Below, one piece after another: positions 54,501 to 62,628 of a DNA stretch of 64,000 nt. The notes under the pieces are model-generated. The model saw only the letters and a list, made by a program, of their open reading frames with translations. It did no database searches and was not told where the DNA came from. The first letter of the stretch is position 1; each line of letters opens with the position of its first letter. Location of the stretch: positions 2,880,001 through 2,944,000 of the forward strand of contig OZ242383.1 of assembly GCA_965209155.1 (NCBI GenBank). The letters run 5' to 3'. Position numbers and translations under genes: made by a program. The stretch is from a bacterium. GTDB taxonomy: Bacteria; SAR324; NAC60-12.

Positions 54501-57335
54501 CTGGAAGGCGAGGCTTCGGCTGCGATGCTGGCTGAAGCCCCCTCCCCTCGATGGAGGGGCCCGGGGAGAGGGAGACGTGAACGTTCCAACATTGAAGCTG
54601 AACCCTCGGGGAAGGGGTCGAGTATGAAACTACCTTTTTCTGAAAAAAAACAATCTGAATACTTGGCTTCTTCCCCTGGAGAACGTAACATTGTTATCAA
54701 AGGGGCTTCCAAAAACAATCTGAAACACCTCGACGTCACCCTTCCCGTGAATAAGATGACAGTGATCACGGGGGTATCCGGTTCCGGGAAAACCAGTCTG
54801 GCTTTTGATACGATCTTTGCAGAAGGACAAGCCCGCTACCTGGAATCCCTTTCCACCTATGCGCGGCGATTCCTGGGACGCGTCGAGAAAGCACCTGTCG
54901 ATTCCATCGACGGCCTCGCTCCCGCCATCGCCATCAATCAGAAAACCGCGAGCCGAAATCCCCGTTCCACCGTCGCCACGACAACGGAAATTTATGATTA
55001 CCTGCGCCTCTTGTACGCGCGCATTGGCAAACCCCATTGTCCTCAATGTGGACAGCCCCTGTCAGATTATACTCCGACTCGGGCTGCCCAATACCTCGTG
55101 AAAAACTTTGATCAACAACGCGTGGTTCTGTTATCCCCGCTTTTCCGACCCAATTCTCCCAAAGTTCTTTTACTGGATGATCCTTTTCATTTAAAGCACA
55201 TCATCTCCAATTTACGGGCTGAAGGATTTGTTCGGCTTTATATAGACAACACCTTCATTCATCTTGATGAATGGGAACAAATTCTTCCCAAGCTTTCACT
55301 CACTCGCAAGAGCGTCGTGGATTTGGTGATTGACCGGGTAAAAATTCGCAAATCAGATCAAAAACGTTTCGCTGAAGCAATAGAAACAGCTTATCAACAT
55401 GGGCATGGACTGCTCAAACTCCTCTTTCCTGATAAAAACAATGCCTCATTGTTTTTATCTGAGCATCCCGGATGCGTTTCCTGCGACTATTACCAGGAGG
55501 AAGCACTGACTCCACGCATGTTCTCTTTCAATTCTCATGTGGGCGCCTGTCCTGCTTGTGATGGTTTGGGGACTCTCCCGACGGCGAAGGCGTCGAAGCT
55601 GAAGCCTCGACTTTCCAAACAAAAAAATCCCGCTCTCCTCCAAGGAGGGGCCAAGGGAGTCGAAGAAGCAGGGACGAGAGACATGTACGTGGCGCCGATG
55701 GTCTGTTCCGACTGTGAAGGGGAACGTCTCAAACCGGAATATCGCGCAGTCCGCATCAACCATCGAAATATCATTCAATTTTGCCATTTGAACGTCAGAG
55801 AAGCGCTGGCAGAAACGGAATGTTGGAAACTGAGCAAAAATCAGCAAATTGTGGCCGAACAAGCCCTTCGTGAAATCGGCGCCCGTTTGAGGTTTTTAGT
55901 AAATGTTGGTCTGGACTACCTCTCCTTGAATCAAGCCGCTTCCACCCTTTCGGGAGGAGAAACGCAACGCATCCGTTTGGCTTCTCAGATCGGTTCAGGA
56001 TTGATGGGGGTGATGTATGTTCTGGATGAGCCGACCATTGGACTGCATCCCCGAGATACCAACCGGTTACTGAACACCTTGCACCGTCTTCGCGATTTGG
56101 GAAACACCGTCATTTTGGTGGAACATGACCTCGATACGATGCGTGCTGCAGATCATATCATCGATATTGGACCGGGAGCGGGTCAATTTGGAGGGAAAGT
56201 GGTGCAATACGGTACCCCCAATCAACTTTCCTACTGCAAATCCTCTCTGACCGGCCAATATCTCAAAGGCAGCAAGTCCATACCTTTGCCCTTGACCAGA
56301 CGTCCTTTGGTTTCAGATGCGAAGGGCCGGATTAAATGCTTAACGGTTCATGGAGCCCGGGCAAACAACCTGAAAAATATTGAAGTTTCTTTTCCAGTGG
56401 GTGCATTTACGGTGGTTACAGGAGTTTCCGGATCCGGAAAATCATCGCTCGTCATCGAGATTCTTCAAAAAGCTCTGCAAAAGCATTGGTACATGCATCG
56501 GATTTACCCTGGTGAACATGATAAAATTACAGGATTAGAGCACATCGATAAATTTGTGATCATTGACCAGGAACCGATCGGCAAATCGCCACGTTCCAAT
56601 CCCGCCACTTACACGAAGTTAATGGATTCTTTGAGGGATTTGTTCGCACAATTGCCAGCAGCAAAAAAACGAGGATTTACTAAACGCCGATTCTCCTTCA
56701 ATGCGATTGAAGGTCGCTGTCCCGCGTGCGAAGGACAGGGACAGAACCAGATTGAAATGCATTTTCTCTCCGACGTCTGGATCGATTGTGACGAATGCAA
56801 AGGGAAACGATATAACCGGGAAACACTGAGGGTCACCTTTCGGGGTCATTCCATCGCCGACGTACTGAATCTGGAAATCGATCGCGCCGTTGAGCTTTTC
56901 AAGCATCAACCCAGGATTTTGCGTATCTGCAAAACTTTACAAGAGGTGGGATTGGGCTACATCAAATTGGGACAATCAGGCAATACGCTTTCCGGTGGAG
57001 AATCCCAGCGAGTTAAATTGTCTGCAGAATTGGCAAAACGCTCTACCGGTAAGACTCTCTATATTCTGGATGAACCGACCACCGGACTCCACATCGATGA
57101 TATCGCCCGCCTGCTCCAAATCCTGCATCGACTGGTCCAGGAAGGCAATACGGTGATCGTCATCGAGCACAATCCGGACGTCATCAAAACGGCTGATTAT
57201 ATCATTGACCTCGGACCCGAAGGAGGTGATAATGGAGGTCGGGTCGTTTTTGCTGGAAAACTTGATGAGGTTATCGATTGCCCTGACAGTCACACGGGTC
57301 ATTCGATTCGTCCTTTGCTCGAACTTGCGAACTGA
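51537..57335 (+). CDS. uvrA: Double-length excinuclease ABC subunit A (two fused UvrA units)
   Basis: Four Walker A GVSGSGK(S/T), four LSGGE, four LDEP, and two NPRSTV / RSNPATY sets. Confidence 0.95.
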   Translation: MKKNTREIVIVGANEHNLKNVNLTIPRDTLTVFTGVSGSGKSSLAFDIIFKEGQRRFVESLSSYARQFLGQTEKPKVEHIEGLSPTISVDQKTVNRNPRSTVGTITEIYDHFRLLFARLGTPHCPRCGIEITSQTADQITDHAYLEALNEPCLILAPMITERKGEYRRELEQWFREGFLRAQIDGEIRRLDEEIALARYEKHSINLVIDRMTLTATEKSRFVEGVERALHLTEGLVIVHYKNKDHLFSQLMACPRCQVAIPEMEPRLFSFNAPQGACFRCKGIGSITFFKEDKLCDPQKTLFDGALKCITERGNIMFTRIDQSHFKQLVKQFRIDASLPWGQLPSTQRKMILQGNAPIPLGISNIFRHGSILGKRLRVQKQWPGVIPILEYVNKFVKSSLEKFQDQLTCPECSGRRLNPTALAVRFRGQTIETISLMSIEESLEFFESLQINEKERKIGRDIFREIRSRLKFLNDVGVGYLSLNRSAATLSGGEGQRIRLASQVGSGLQGVLYILDEPSIGLHQSDNQKLIHTLKLLRDRGNTVLVVEHDEETITSADHLVDIGPEAGKNGGTITAQGTLNSLIQAADSITGQFLAGHETIPIPAKRRSPNGACLTIHEAALNNLRNITVKIPLGVFVAIAGVSGSGKSSLINGILKKALSQHLTRRRGLIAELPFSKKKQFRSLTPPPGVASASAEPTPEHESGAEDEIPGAHEKISGLQQVDRVIEINQSPIGRTPRSNPATYTKAFDEVRKLFASVPESKSRGYKPGRFSFNVKGGRCEDCKGAGIQTIEMQFLSDVQIPCDACQGKRFNAETLQIYYKGKTIYDVLEMTVIEAFDFFAAIPPLARILQTLKDVGLVYMRLGQPSTTLSGGEAQRVKLAAELRKKSTGKTLYILDEPTTGLHFQDIRVLLGCLNRLIDQGNTVIVIEHNLDVLKVADYLIELGPGGGKHGGREICHGTPESVARHQHSLTGKFLKRMLKNTLEHGLEGEASAAMLAEAPSPRWRGPGRGRRERSNIEAEPSGKGSSMKLPFSEKKQSEYLASSPGERNIVIKGASKNNLKHLDVTLPVNKMTVITGVSGSGKTSLAFDTIFAEGQARYLESLSTYARRFLGRVEKAPVDSIDGLAPAIAINQKTASRNPRSTVATTTEIYDYLRLLYARIGKPHCPQCGQPLSDYTPTRAAQYLVKNFDQQRVVLLSPLFRPNSPKVLLLDDPFHLKHIISNLRAEGFVRLYIDNTFIHLDEWEQILPKLSLTRKSVVDLVIDRVKIRKSDQKRFAEAIETAYQHGHGLLKLLFPDKNNASLFLSEHPGCVSCDYYQEEALTPRMFSFNSHVGACPACDGLGTLPTAKASKLKPRLSKQKNPALLQGGAKGVEEAGTRDMYVAPMVCSDCEGERLKPEYRAVRINHRNIIQFCHLNVREALAETECWKLSKNQQIVAEQALREIGARLRFLVNVGLDYLSLNQAASTLSGGETQRIRLASQIGSGLMGVMYVLDEPTIGLHPRDTNRLLNTLHRLRDLGNTVILVEHDLDTMRAADHIIDIGPGAGQFGGKVVQYGTPNQLSYCKSSLTGQYLKGSKSIPLPLTRRPLVSDAKGRIKCLTVHGARANNLKNIEVSFPVGAFTVVTGVSGSGKSSLVIEILQKALQKHWYMHRIYPGEHDKITGLEHIDKFVIIDQEPIGKSPRSNPATYTKLMDSLRDLFAQLPAAKKRGFTKRRFSFNAIEGRCPACEGQGQNQIEMHFLSDVWIDCDECKGKRYNRETLRVTFRGHSIADVLNLEIDRAVELFKHQPRILRICKTLQEVGLGYIKLGQSGNTLSGGESQRVKLSAELAKRSTGKTLYILDEPTTGLHIDDIARLLQILHRLVQEGNTVIVIEHNPDVIKTADYIIDLGPEGGDNGGRVVFAGKLDEVIDCPDSHTGHSIRPLLELAN

Positions 57336-57386
57336 GCGGTTCAACCGGCTGTCTCAAAACCGTTGCCGGAAACTGGATATTTAAAA

Positions 57387-57545
57387 ATGCGTCCAATCTT
57401 ATTATTCCTGATTTTCACTATTGGCGGTCTGATTCATTCATGGCCTCAACCGGTCTCCGACCGATTTGAGGAGATGCCTGCTCACCTGGAAAAACAATAC
57501 CAGCTTTCATTGTCTCGACCCACAGTTTCGCTGCTCCCCAACTGA
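57387..57545 (+). CDS. Short ORF with signal-peptide-like N terminus
   Basis: MRPILLFLIFTIGGLIHSWPQ..; fills the gap before the CDF gene. Confidence 0.3.
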   Translation: MRPILLFLIFTIGGLIHSWPQPVSDRFEEMPAHLEKQYQLSLSRPTVSLLPN

Positions 57546-57558
57546 ACTACCGAAAGTC

Positions 57559-58695
57559 ATGCTTCCTGCCATTGCCAATCAGCCCCTTTATGTGACCTGG
57601 TTGGGTTTGTTGGCCAATTTGGCACTTGCCCTGCTCAAGGGGGTGGCAGGAATCTTTTCAAACTCTGCTGCCATGATTGCGGATGCCGGTCATTCATTTT
57701 CAGATCTCCTCTCCGATTTGGTCGCCCTCTGGGCCCTGCGCATGGCACAAACCCCGAAAGATCAGAACCATCCTTACGGCCATGGAAAATTCGAAACCAT
57801 CGGCGCACTTTTTCTTGCGTTGATGCTGATTGCCACCGGGATTGGCATAGCCATCCATGCTTTTGAGCAAGTTGATCAACGAGAAGTTCCAGGCAATCTT
57901 GCGTTGGCAGTGGCCATTGCATCTATTCTTTTCAAAGAAGCGCTTTATCGAATCACCGCTTATATCGGTGAACGCAACCATTCCCGCATGTTGATTGCCA
58001 ACGCATGGCACCATCGCTCGGATGCCATTTCCTCGTTAGTGGCCTTGATTGGCATTGGGGGGGCGCAATGGGGATTTCCCGTTTTGGATCCCATTGCCGG
58101 AATTCTGGTGGCAGGATGGATTATCAAAATCGGACTGACGATTGGTTATAATAGTGTCAGGGAATTGAGCGACGAGGTGGTAGAGGAAGATATCTTGCCT
58201 GCTTTGAAACAAGCCTTGAATCAAATCGAAGGTGTGGAAAAATTCCACGACTTGCGCACACGTCGTATGGGTTCTTATGTATTGGTGGATCTTCACGTGC
58301 AAGTCGACTCGCGACTGAGTGTTTCTGCTGGCCACCAAATTGGAGAAAGGGTGCGCATGATGCTCCTGGAACAAATCCCTCAAGTGAATGAGGTGCTGGT
58401 CCATATAGATGCGGAAGAAGATCTCGATGAGTCCCACCCCACTCTCATGCGCCCCCAATCCGACATCGAGAGTGACATCCGCAAAATTCTTCAGACCCTT
58501 CCTGAAATAAAAGGCGTCTCTCACATCCTTTGCCATTTTCTTAAAGAGCAACTGAGCGTGCAAATCGAGATCATGGTCGACCCTCGACTGCGTGTTTACG
58601 AAGTACAAAAAATCGCCAGAAAAGCACGCAGGCTCGTAGAAGAAATCGATGACGTTCAAACGGCGGACATCCACCTGGAACTGGATGATTTGTGA
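57559..58695 (+). CDS. Cation diffusion facilitator transporter with duplicated C-terminal domain
   Basis: ADAGHSFSD, HPYGHGKFE, NAWHHRSD, VDLHVQV, LVHID, then a second domain ending DIHLE. Confidence 0.92.
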   Translation: MLPAIANQPLYVTWLGLLANLALALLKGVAGIFSNSAAMIADAGHSFSDLLSDLVALWALRMAQTPKDQNHPYGHGKFETIGALFLALMLIATGIGIAIHAFEQVDQREVPGNLALAVAIASILFKEALYRITAYIGERNHSRMLIANAWHHRSDAISSLVALIGIGGAQWGFPVLDPIAGILVAGWIIKIGLTIGYNSVRELSDEVVEEDILPALKQALNQIEGVEKFHDLRTRRMGSYVLVDLHVQVDSRLSVSAGHQIGERVRMMLLEQIPQVNEVLVHIDAEEDLDESHPTLMRPQSDIESDIRKILQTLPEIKGVSHILCHFLKEQLSVQIEIMVDPRLRVYEVQKIARKARRLVEEIDDVQTADIHLELDDL

Positions 58696-58796
58696 TTCAG
58701 CAGTTTTTAGATCAAATTGACGAACACAAGTGGCTCAATGATCTTAAATGTCGTGTTCTGCGTAGCCCATCAGTACCGGATCCTTGGAAAAAGAAA

Positions 58797-59033
58797 ATGA
58801 AAACGACTCAATATTTTACATACACGAGAAAAAGACCTGATCGAGTGAATATCAAAGATTATTGGATTATGCATGTTATCGATAATCCTGTAAAGACAGA
58901 GACTCAATCAGATGGTAGGGTTAAGAAGTGGGCTAAGATCCAAGAAGCGAATAAATATCTCAGGGTAATTTTGTTAGAAAATGGCGAGACTGTACACAAT
59001 GCCTTCTTTGATAGCTCTTCCAAGGGAGATTAA
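58797..59033 (+). CDS. Small RelE/DUF4258-like putative toxin
   Basis: NPVKTETQSDGRVKKW..KYLRVILLENGETVHNAFFD; coupled to a DUF2283-like gene. Confidence 0.65.
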   Translation: MKTTQYFTYTRKRPDRVNIKDYWIMHVIDNPVKTETQSDGRVKKWAKIQEANKYLRVILLENGETVHNAFFDSSSKGD

Positions 59034-59035
59034 AT

Positions 59036-59242
59036 ATGAAAGTAAAATATTTTCCAGATACTGACACGGCTCTTGTGGAATTTATAGAGCAAGAAGTCTT
59101 TGAAACAAAAGAAATCAGTGAAAATGTTTATGTGGATTTAGATCAAAATGGGAATCTTATAAACATGACAATCGAGCATGCAAAAGCCAATGCCGGGCTA
59201 TGGGAATTTTCGTATCAAGAAATGATTCCCCAAACCGCTTAA
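59036..59242 (+). CDS. DUF2283-family protein (putative antitoxin)
   Basis: MKVKYFPDTDTALVEF..VYVDLDQNGNLINMTIEHA. Confidence 0.85.
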   Translation: MKVKYFPDTDTALVEFIEQEVFETKEISENVYVDLDQNGNLINMTIEHAKANAGLWEFSYQEMIPQTA

Positions 59243-59243
59243 A

Positions 59244-59306
59244 ACCTGTCGTACCAGTGCATCGAACGGACTCGTAAACTAGCCGCTCATGCTATTCGTT
59301 CGCAGG
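59244..59306. other. Degenerate integron attC-like site
   Basis: cctgtcgtac..gcat(c)gaacgg..ccgctcatgc..gttcgcagg imperfect palindrome with an extrahelical base, right after a stop codon. Confidence 0.5.
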
Positions 59307-59374
59307 AGCACATTCCAATAAAAATCGAGTTCAAACAAGTGGAAAATCAAGTGACAGATTTAACAAAACGATGA

Positions 59375-59556
59375 TCTCATCTGCCAAAGAACAAGGTTGA
59401 GGAATTAGAAAGCATCATTCAACGAATCATGGGTACAGGAAAAGCGGAAATTATTGTGCTTTTGACTCTTATGCCAGGGGAGATTACAAGGAGAAAAGAG
59501 GCGACACCCAAGGGAAAAAAAGCGTTTACGACATTTTGGTAGTCACCTCAAATTGA
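59375..59556 (+). pseudogene. Remnant of a nucleotidyltransferase(-HEPN) gene
   Basis: SHLPKNKVEELESII..IIVL, frameshift, FDSYARGDY..KKSVYDILVV*; degraded GSYARG and DxD motifs. Confidence 0.7.
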
Positions 59557-59692
59557 GAGAGTCGAATTGCTTTGCCAGGGAGGTAATCAGAGTTCTAAGC
59601 GCTCTTGCTTCCATGGCTCTCGTTCTTTTTCAAAGAGTTGACTGGCTTCTTGAAGAGCCTCGAGGTGGGGATTGGTATGTGACGCTGAGGCG

Positions 59693-60658
59693 CTATCCTT
59701 GATCCGGTTTGCGCGCGTGGCAGTAAAAACGCCAGGGTGCTGGATAACCCTCAATAGTCAGGTCAGGATCTCCAGGATCGAGAAAATCCTCCAGACTTTC
59801 AAAAGGCGCCCATTTCGTTTGCCGTTGTTCTTCAACGGTCAGCTTGATGACGCAGAAGGAATTTATCTCCCGGAAACCGGAACGCTGAAGCCAGTTAAGC
59901 AAACATGCGTGAGTCGGGATAAACCATGTTCCCGGAACCTTTCCATAGCGTTTCCCCGGAAAAAGAGCCATCGATTCTTCACCAGGAATTCCTGAAGATT
60001 CTACAATCAATTGCCCTCCTGGTCTCATCCCTTGTCGGATTTTTCGCAGGATTCCAATGGGATCGGGATGATGGTAGAGGATTCCCATACAAAAAACTAC
60101 GTCAAAAAAAGAGGAGAAAAAGTGAATGTGTTCGACCCCCAACAATTCAAAATGCAAAGAGGGGATCCGTGCAAATCGCTGCAAGAATTGAAAGGTATAC
60201 CAATGCCTCACCGTGGGATCGAATCCAATGACCAGTTCCGGATGATGCGCCGCCATGCGGAACAAATAATAACCATTGTTGCAGCCGATATCGGCAACCC
60301 GTTTTCCTTGCAAAGAATCCAAAACAGGCTCCACTCTTTCCCACTTGAGGTCGCTTTTCCACTCCGAGTCGATAAAATTTCCGAAAATCTCGAAAGGCCC
60401 TTTGCGCCACGGAATGAATGCCTCCAGGACCTGTTGCAAACGTTCATGTTCTTCCGCGGAGAGTTCCCCGGATCGACCAATGCGAATGACCCTTCCCAAT
60501 TTGACATAACGGGACCGAAATGGAGAAATTTGTTGAAGCGCCTCTTTAAAAACAAGTTTACTTGGGTAATTCAACCAGCGGCTACGTTCGGTTCTCACTT
60601 GTTGGATTGCCTCGTATTTAACCTCCTTCTTGAATTTCTCGAGATAATCCTCACTCAT
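59693..60658 (-). CDS. cmoB: tRNA U34 carboxymethyltransferase
   Basis: PWRKGPF, IDSEWKSDLKW, DIGCNNGY, MGILYH, TIEGYPAP. Confidence 0.94.
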   Translation of the reverse strand: MSEDYLEKFKKEVKYEAIQQVRTERSRWLNYPSKLVFKEALQQISPFRSRYVKLGRVIRIGRSGELSAEEHERLQQVLEAFIPWRKGPFEIFGNFIDSEWKSDLKWERVEPVLDSLQGKRVADIGCNNGYYLFRMAAHHPELVIGFDPTVRHWYTFQFLQRFARIPSLHFELLGVEHIHFFSSFFDVVFCMGILYHHPDPIGILRKIRQGMRPGGQLIVESSGIPGEESMALFPGKRYGKVPGTWFIPTHACLLNWLQRSGFREINSFCVIKLTVEEQRQTKWAPFESLEDFLDPGDPDLTIEGYPAPWRFYCHARKPDQG

Positions 60659-60691
60659 TTCCAAGTACCGGGAATTCGAATGCATCTCGAT

Positions 60692-62620
60692 TCAATTGAC
60701 TGGTACGATTTTTCCGGATCGAACGGTCAACAACTTCATCTCCCGCTGCGCTTCTCCATTTTCTGAAAAAGTAATCATTCCCGTCATTCCAACATAGGGT
60801 TCCATGTGGAGTAAGGCTTGCTGTAATTGCCGATAATTCCTGTTTTCCTGAGAAGAGAGCAGATTTTGTAAAAGATTGACCGTGTCATAAGCATAGGCCG
60901 TGTAAGAAGTTGGTCCTCTATAATTCAAATGGTGCATATAAAAAAGTTCATGAAGTCTCAGGAATCGTTGCATTTGAGGTTGTTGAATTTGTTTGAAAAA
61001 ACTGTCAACAAAAACGGTCTCCCCGACGTACTTTTCGATGGTGGGCAAAATGGCGTAATCATTCCATCCACTGTCTCCTAAGATAAAGATATTTCCCAAA
61101 TTATAGACGGAGGAATAGGGGAGTAACACTTTGAGATCTTCAAGGTGATTCCTGCCAATTGGAACAAATAATGCGTCAAAGTCACGGACAGGCTGTTGCT
61201 CCTCTTCAAATTTTTCCAGGATAATTTTGTCCTGCGGATCGATAAAGCGATTCAAACCGGTAAAAGATTCAAAATGCTTTATAAAATTCTCTTGGCCCAA
61301 CTCGAAACTTTCTCCTCCCACAATCGTTCCTCCCAAACTTTCCACCTCTTGCCAGAAAAAATTCATTTTATATTTTCCTTCACGGGTTTCGGGATAGAGA
61401 ATCAAAAAGCGTCTTGCGTTTTTATAGTCGTAAGCATAACGGACCAATGCCTTCATTTCCTGTTCCCAGTTTTGATTGTTACGGAAAACGAAAGCGCCGG
61501 TATGCGGAATACTGGCAGTCAAAGACAAGGAAATCAAAGGGACTTGCAGACGTTGGGCTTCACGAGCTGCCGATTCTGAAGTCCTGCGAATCAAGGGGCC
61601 GATGATGGCAATCACATGCTCCTCTTCTACCAGTTCCCGGACGGCAGCAGCACTGATTTCCGCATTGAGTAAAGAATCTCGAAAAATCAATTCAAACGAT
61701 TCCCCATCCCCGCCGTCCTGCGAATCCCTGGTACGCAGTCCGGATTCCACCACTTCAGAAAATGCTATCAGTCCCAGTCTCAGTCCATGCATGGCTTCCC
61801 GGGCCAACGGCGCAATTTGGGGATTGGTGCTGCTCAACGGTAGTATCACGCCAATACGTTTGGGATTGACGCTTAAAATGAGATTTACGTGATTTTGCAA
61901 GCTCGACAAGTACTCCAGCTTTTCTGAGACGCGGTGCTTCTGAAGTTGAGACAACAGGGTCTCAATAAGTGAAAGAGCGGGGACGTATTCCTCTTGCTTC
62001 AACAATAAATTCAAGCGTAAATACGGCAATTCTTCCCTCACGAAATCAATATGGAAATATTTCTCCTCCAGGATTTGAAGCTCTTCCGCATTTTCGATAC
62101 TTTCCAGCAAATTGAGGATCTGCTCAGTCTGCGCAGAGAAATCAGGATGCGCGATTTCGGCCTGTTGCAACAAATAACCGGCAGCAGCCAGTGAATCTTC
62201 TTTTTCAGCAGCTTCCTGAGCCAAATATCCCAGCAACTTCGCCTTTTGTTCACATGTCAGGGGTTGATTTTTAAAAAAGAAAGGATAGGGGAAAAAATGG
62301 ATGGGAGTTTGTGACTCTGCAAGCCAATCAATATCACTGCATTCAGACATAGAAGCGCCGGTACTTTTTGGTGCGGAAGAATCACCGACAGACGTCGCTG
62401 CGACCCCTTCAGGATTTTTGACCCTTGCCGGTTCAAAATAACCGGGAAATAAAAGAATATCTTTCCGGCTTGACGCTCGTCGTTCGTTTTCCAGACTCGA
62501 TCGAATGGGGACAGAATGATTTTCTATCCAGTCTGACGTACTCAATACGCTTTGCGGAAAAGCAGTATTACTTATCATACAAATGCTCCCCATGGAGCAC
62601 AGCCACCTTTTCCAATGCAA
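60692..62620 (-). CDS. LpoA/LppC-like PBP activator or type I periplasmic binding protein
   Basis: Helical N-terminal region, RIGVILPLS, AIIGPL, FDALFVP, AYAYD, GMTGMITFSENG; start uncertain. Confidence 0.72.
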   Translation of the reverse strand: MHWKRWLCSMGSICMISNTAFPQSVLSTSDWIENHSVPIRSSLENERRASSRKDILLFPGYFEPARVKNPEGVAATSVGDSSAPKSTGASMSECSDIDWLAESQTPIHFFPYPFFFKNQPLTCEQKAKLLGYLAQEAAEKEDSLAAAGYLLQQAEIAHPDFSAQTEQILNLLESIENAEELQILEEKYFHIDFVREELPYLRLNLLLKQEEYVPALSLIETLLSQLQKHRVSEKLEYLSSLQNHVNLILSVNPKRIGVILPLSSTNPQIAPLAREAMHGLRLGLIAFSEVVESGLRTRDSQDGGDGESFELIFRDSLLNAEISAAAVRELVEEEHVIAIIGPLIRRTSESAAREAQRLQVPLISLSLTASIPHTGAFVFRNNQNWEQEMKALVRYAYDYKNARRFLILYPETREGKYKMNFFWQEVESLGGTIVGGESFELGQENFIKHFESFTGLNRFIDPQDKIILEKFEEEQQPVRDFDALFVPIGRNHLEDLKVLLPYSSVYNLGNIFILGDSGWNDYAILPTIEKYVGETVFVDSFFKQIQQPQMQRFLRLHELFYMHHLNYRGPTSYTAYAYDTVNLLQNLLSSQENRNYRQLQQALLHMEPYVGMTGMITFSENGEAQREMKLLTVRSGKIVPVN

Positions 62621-62628
62621 GCGCCCTC

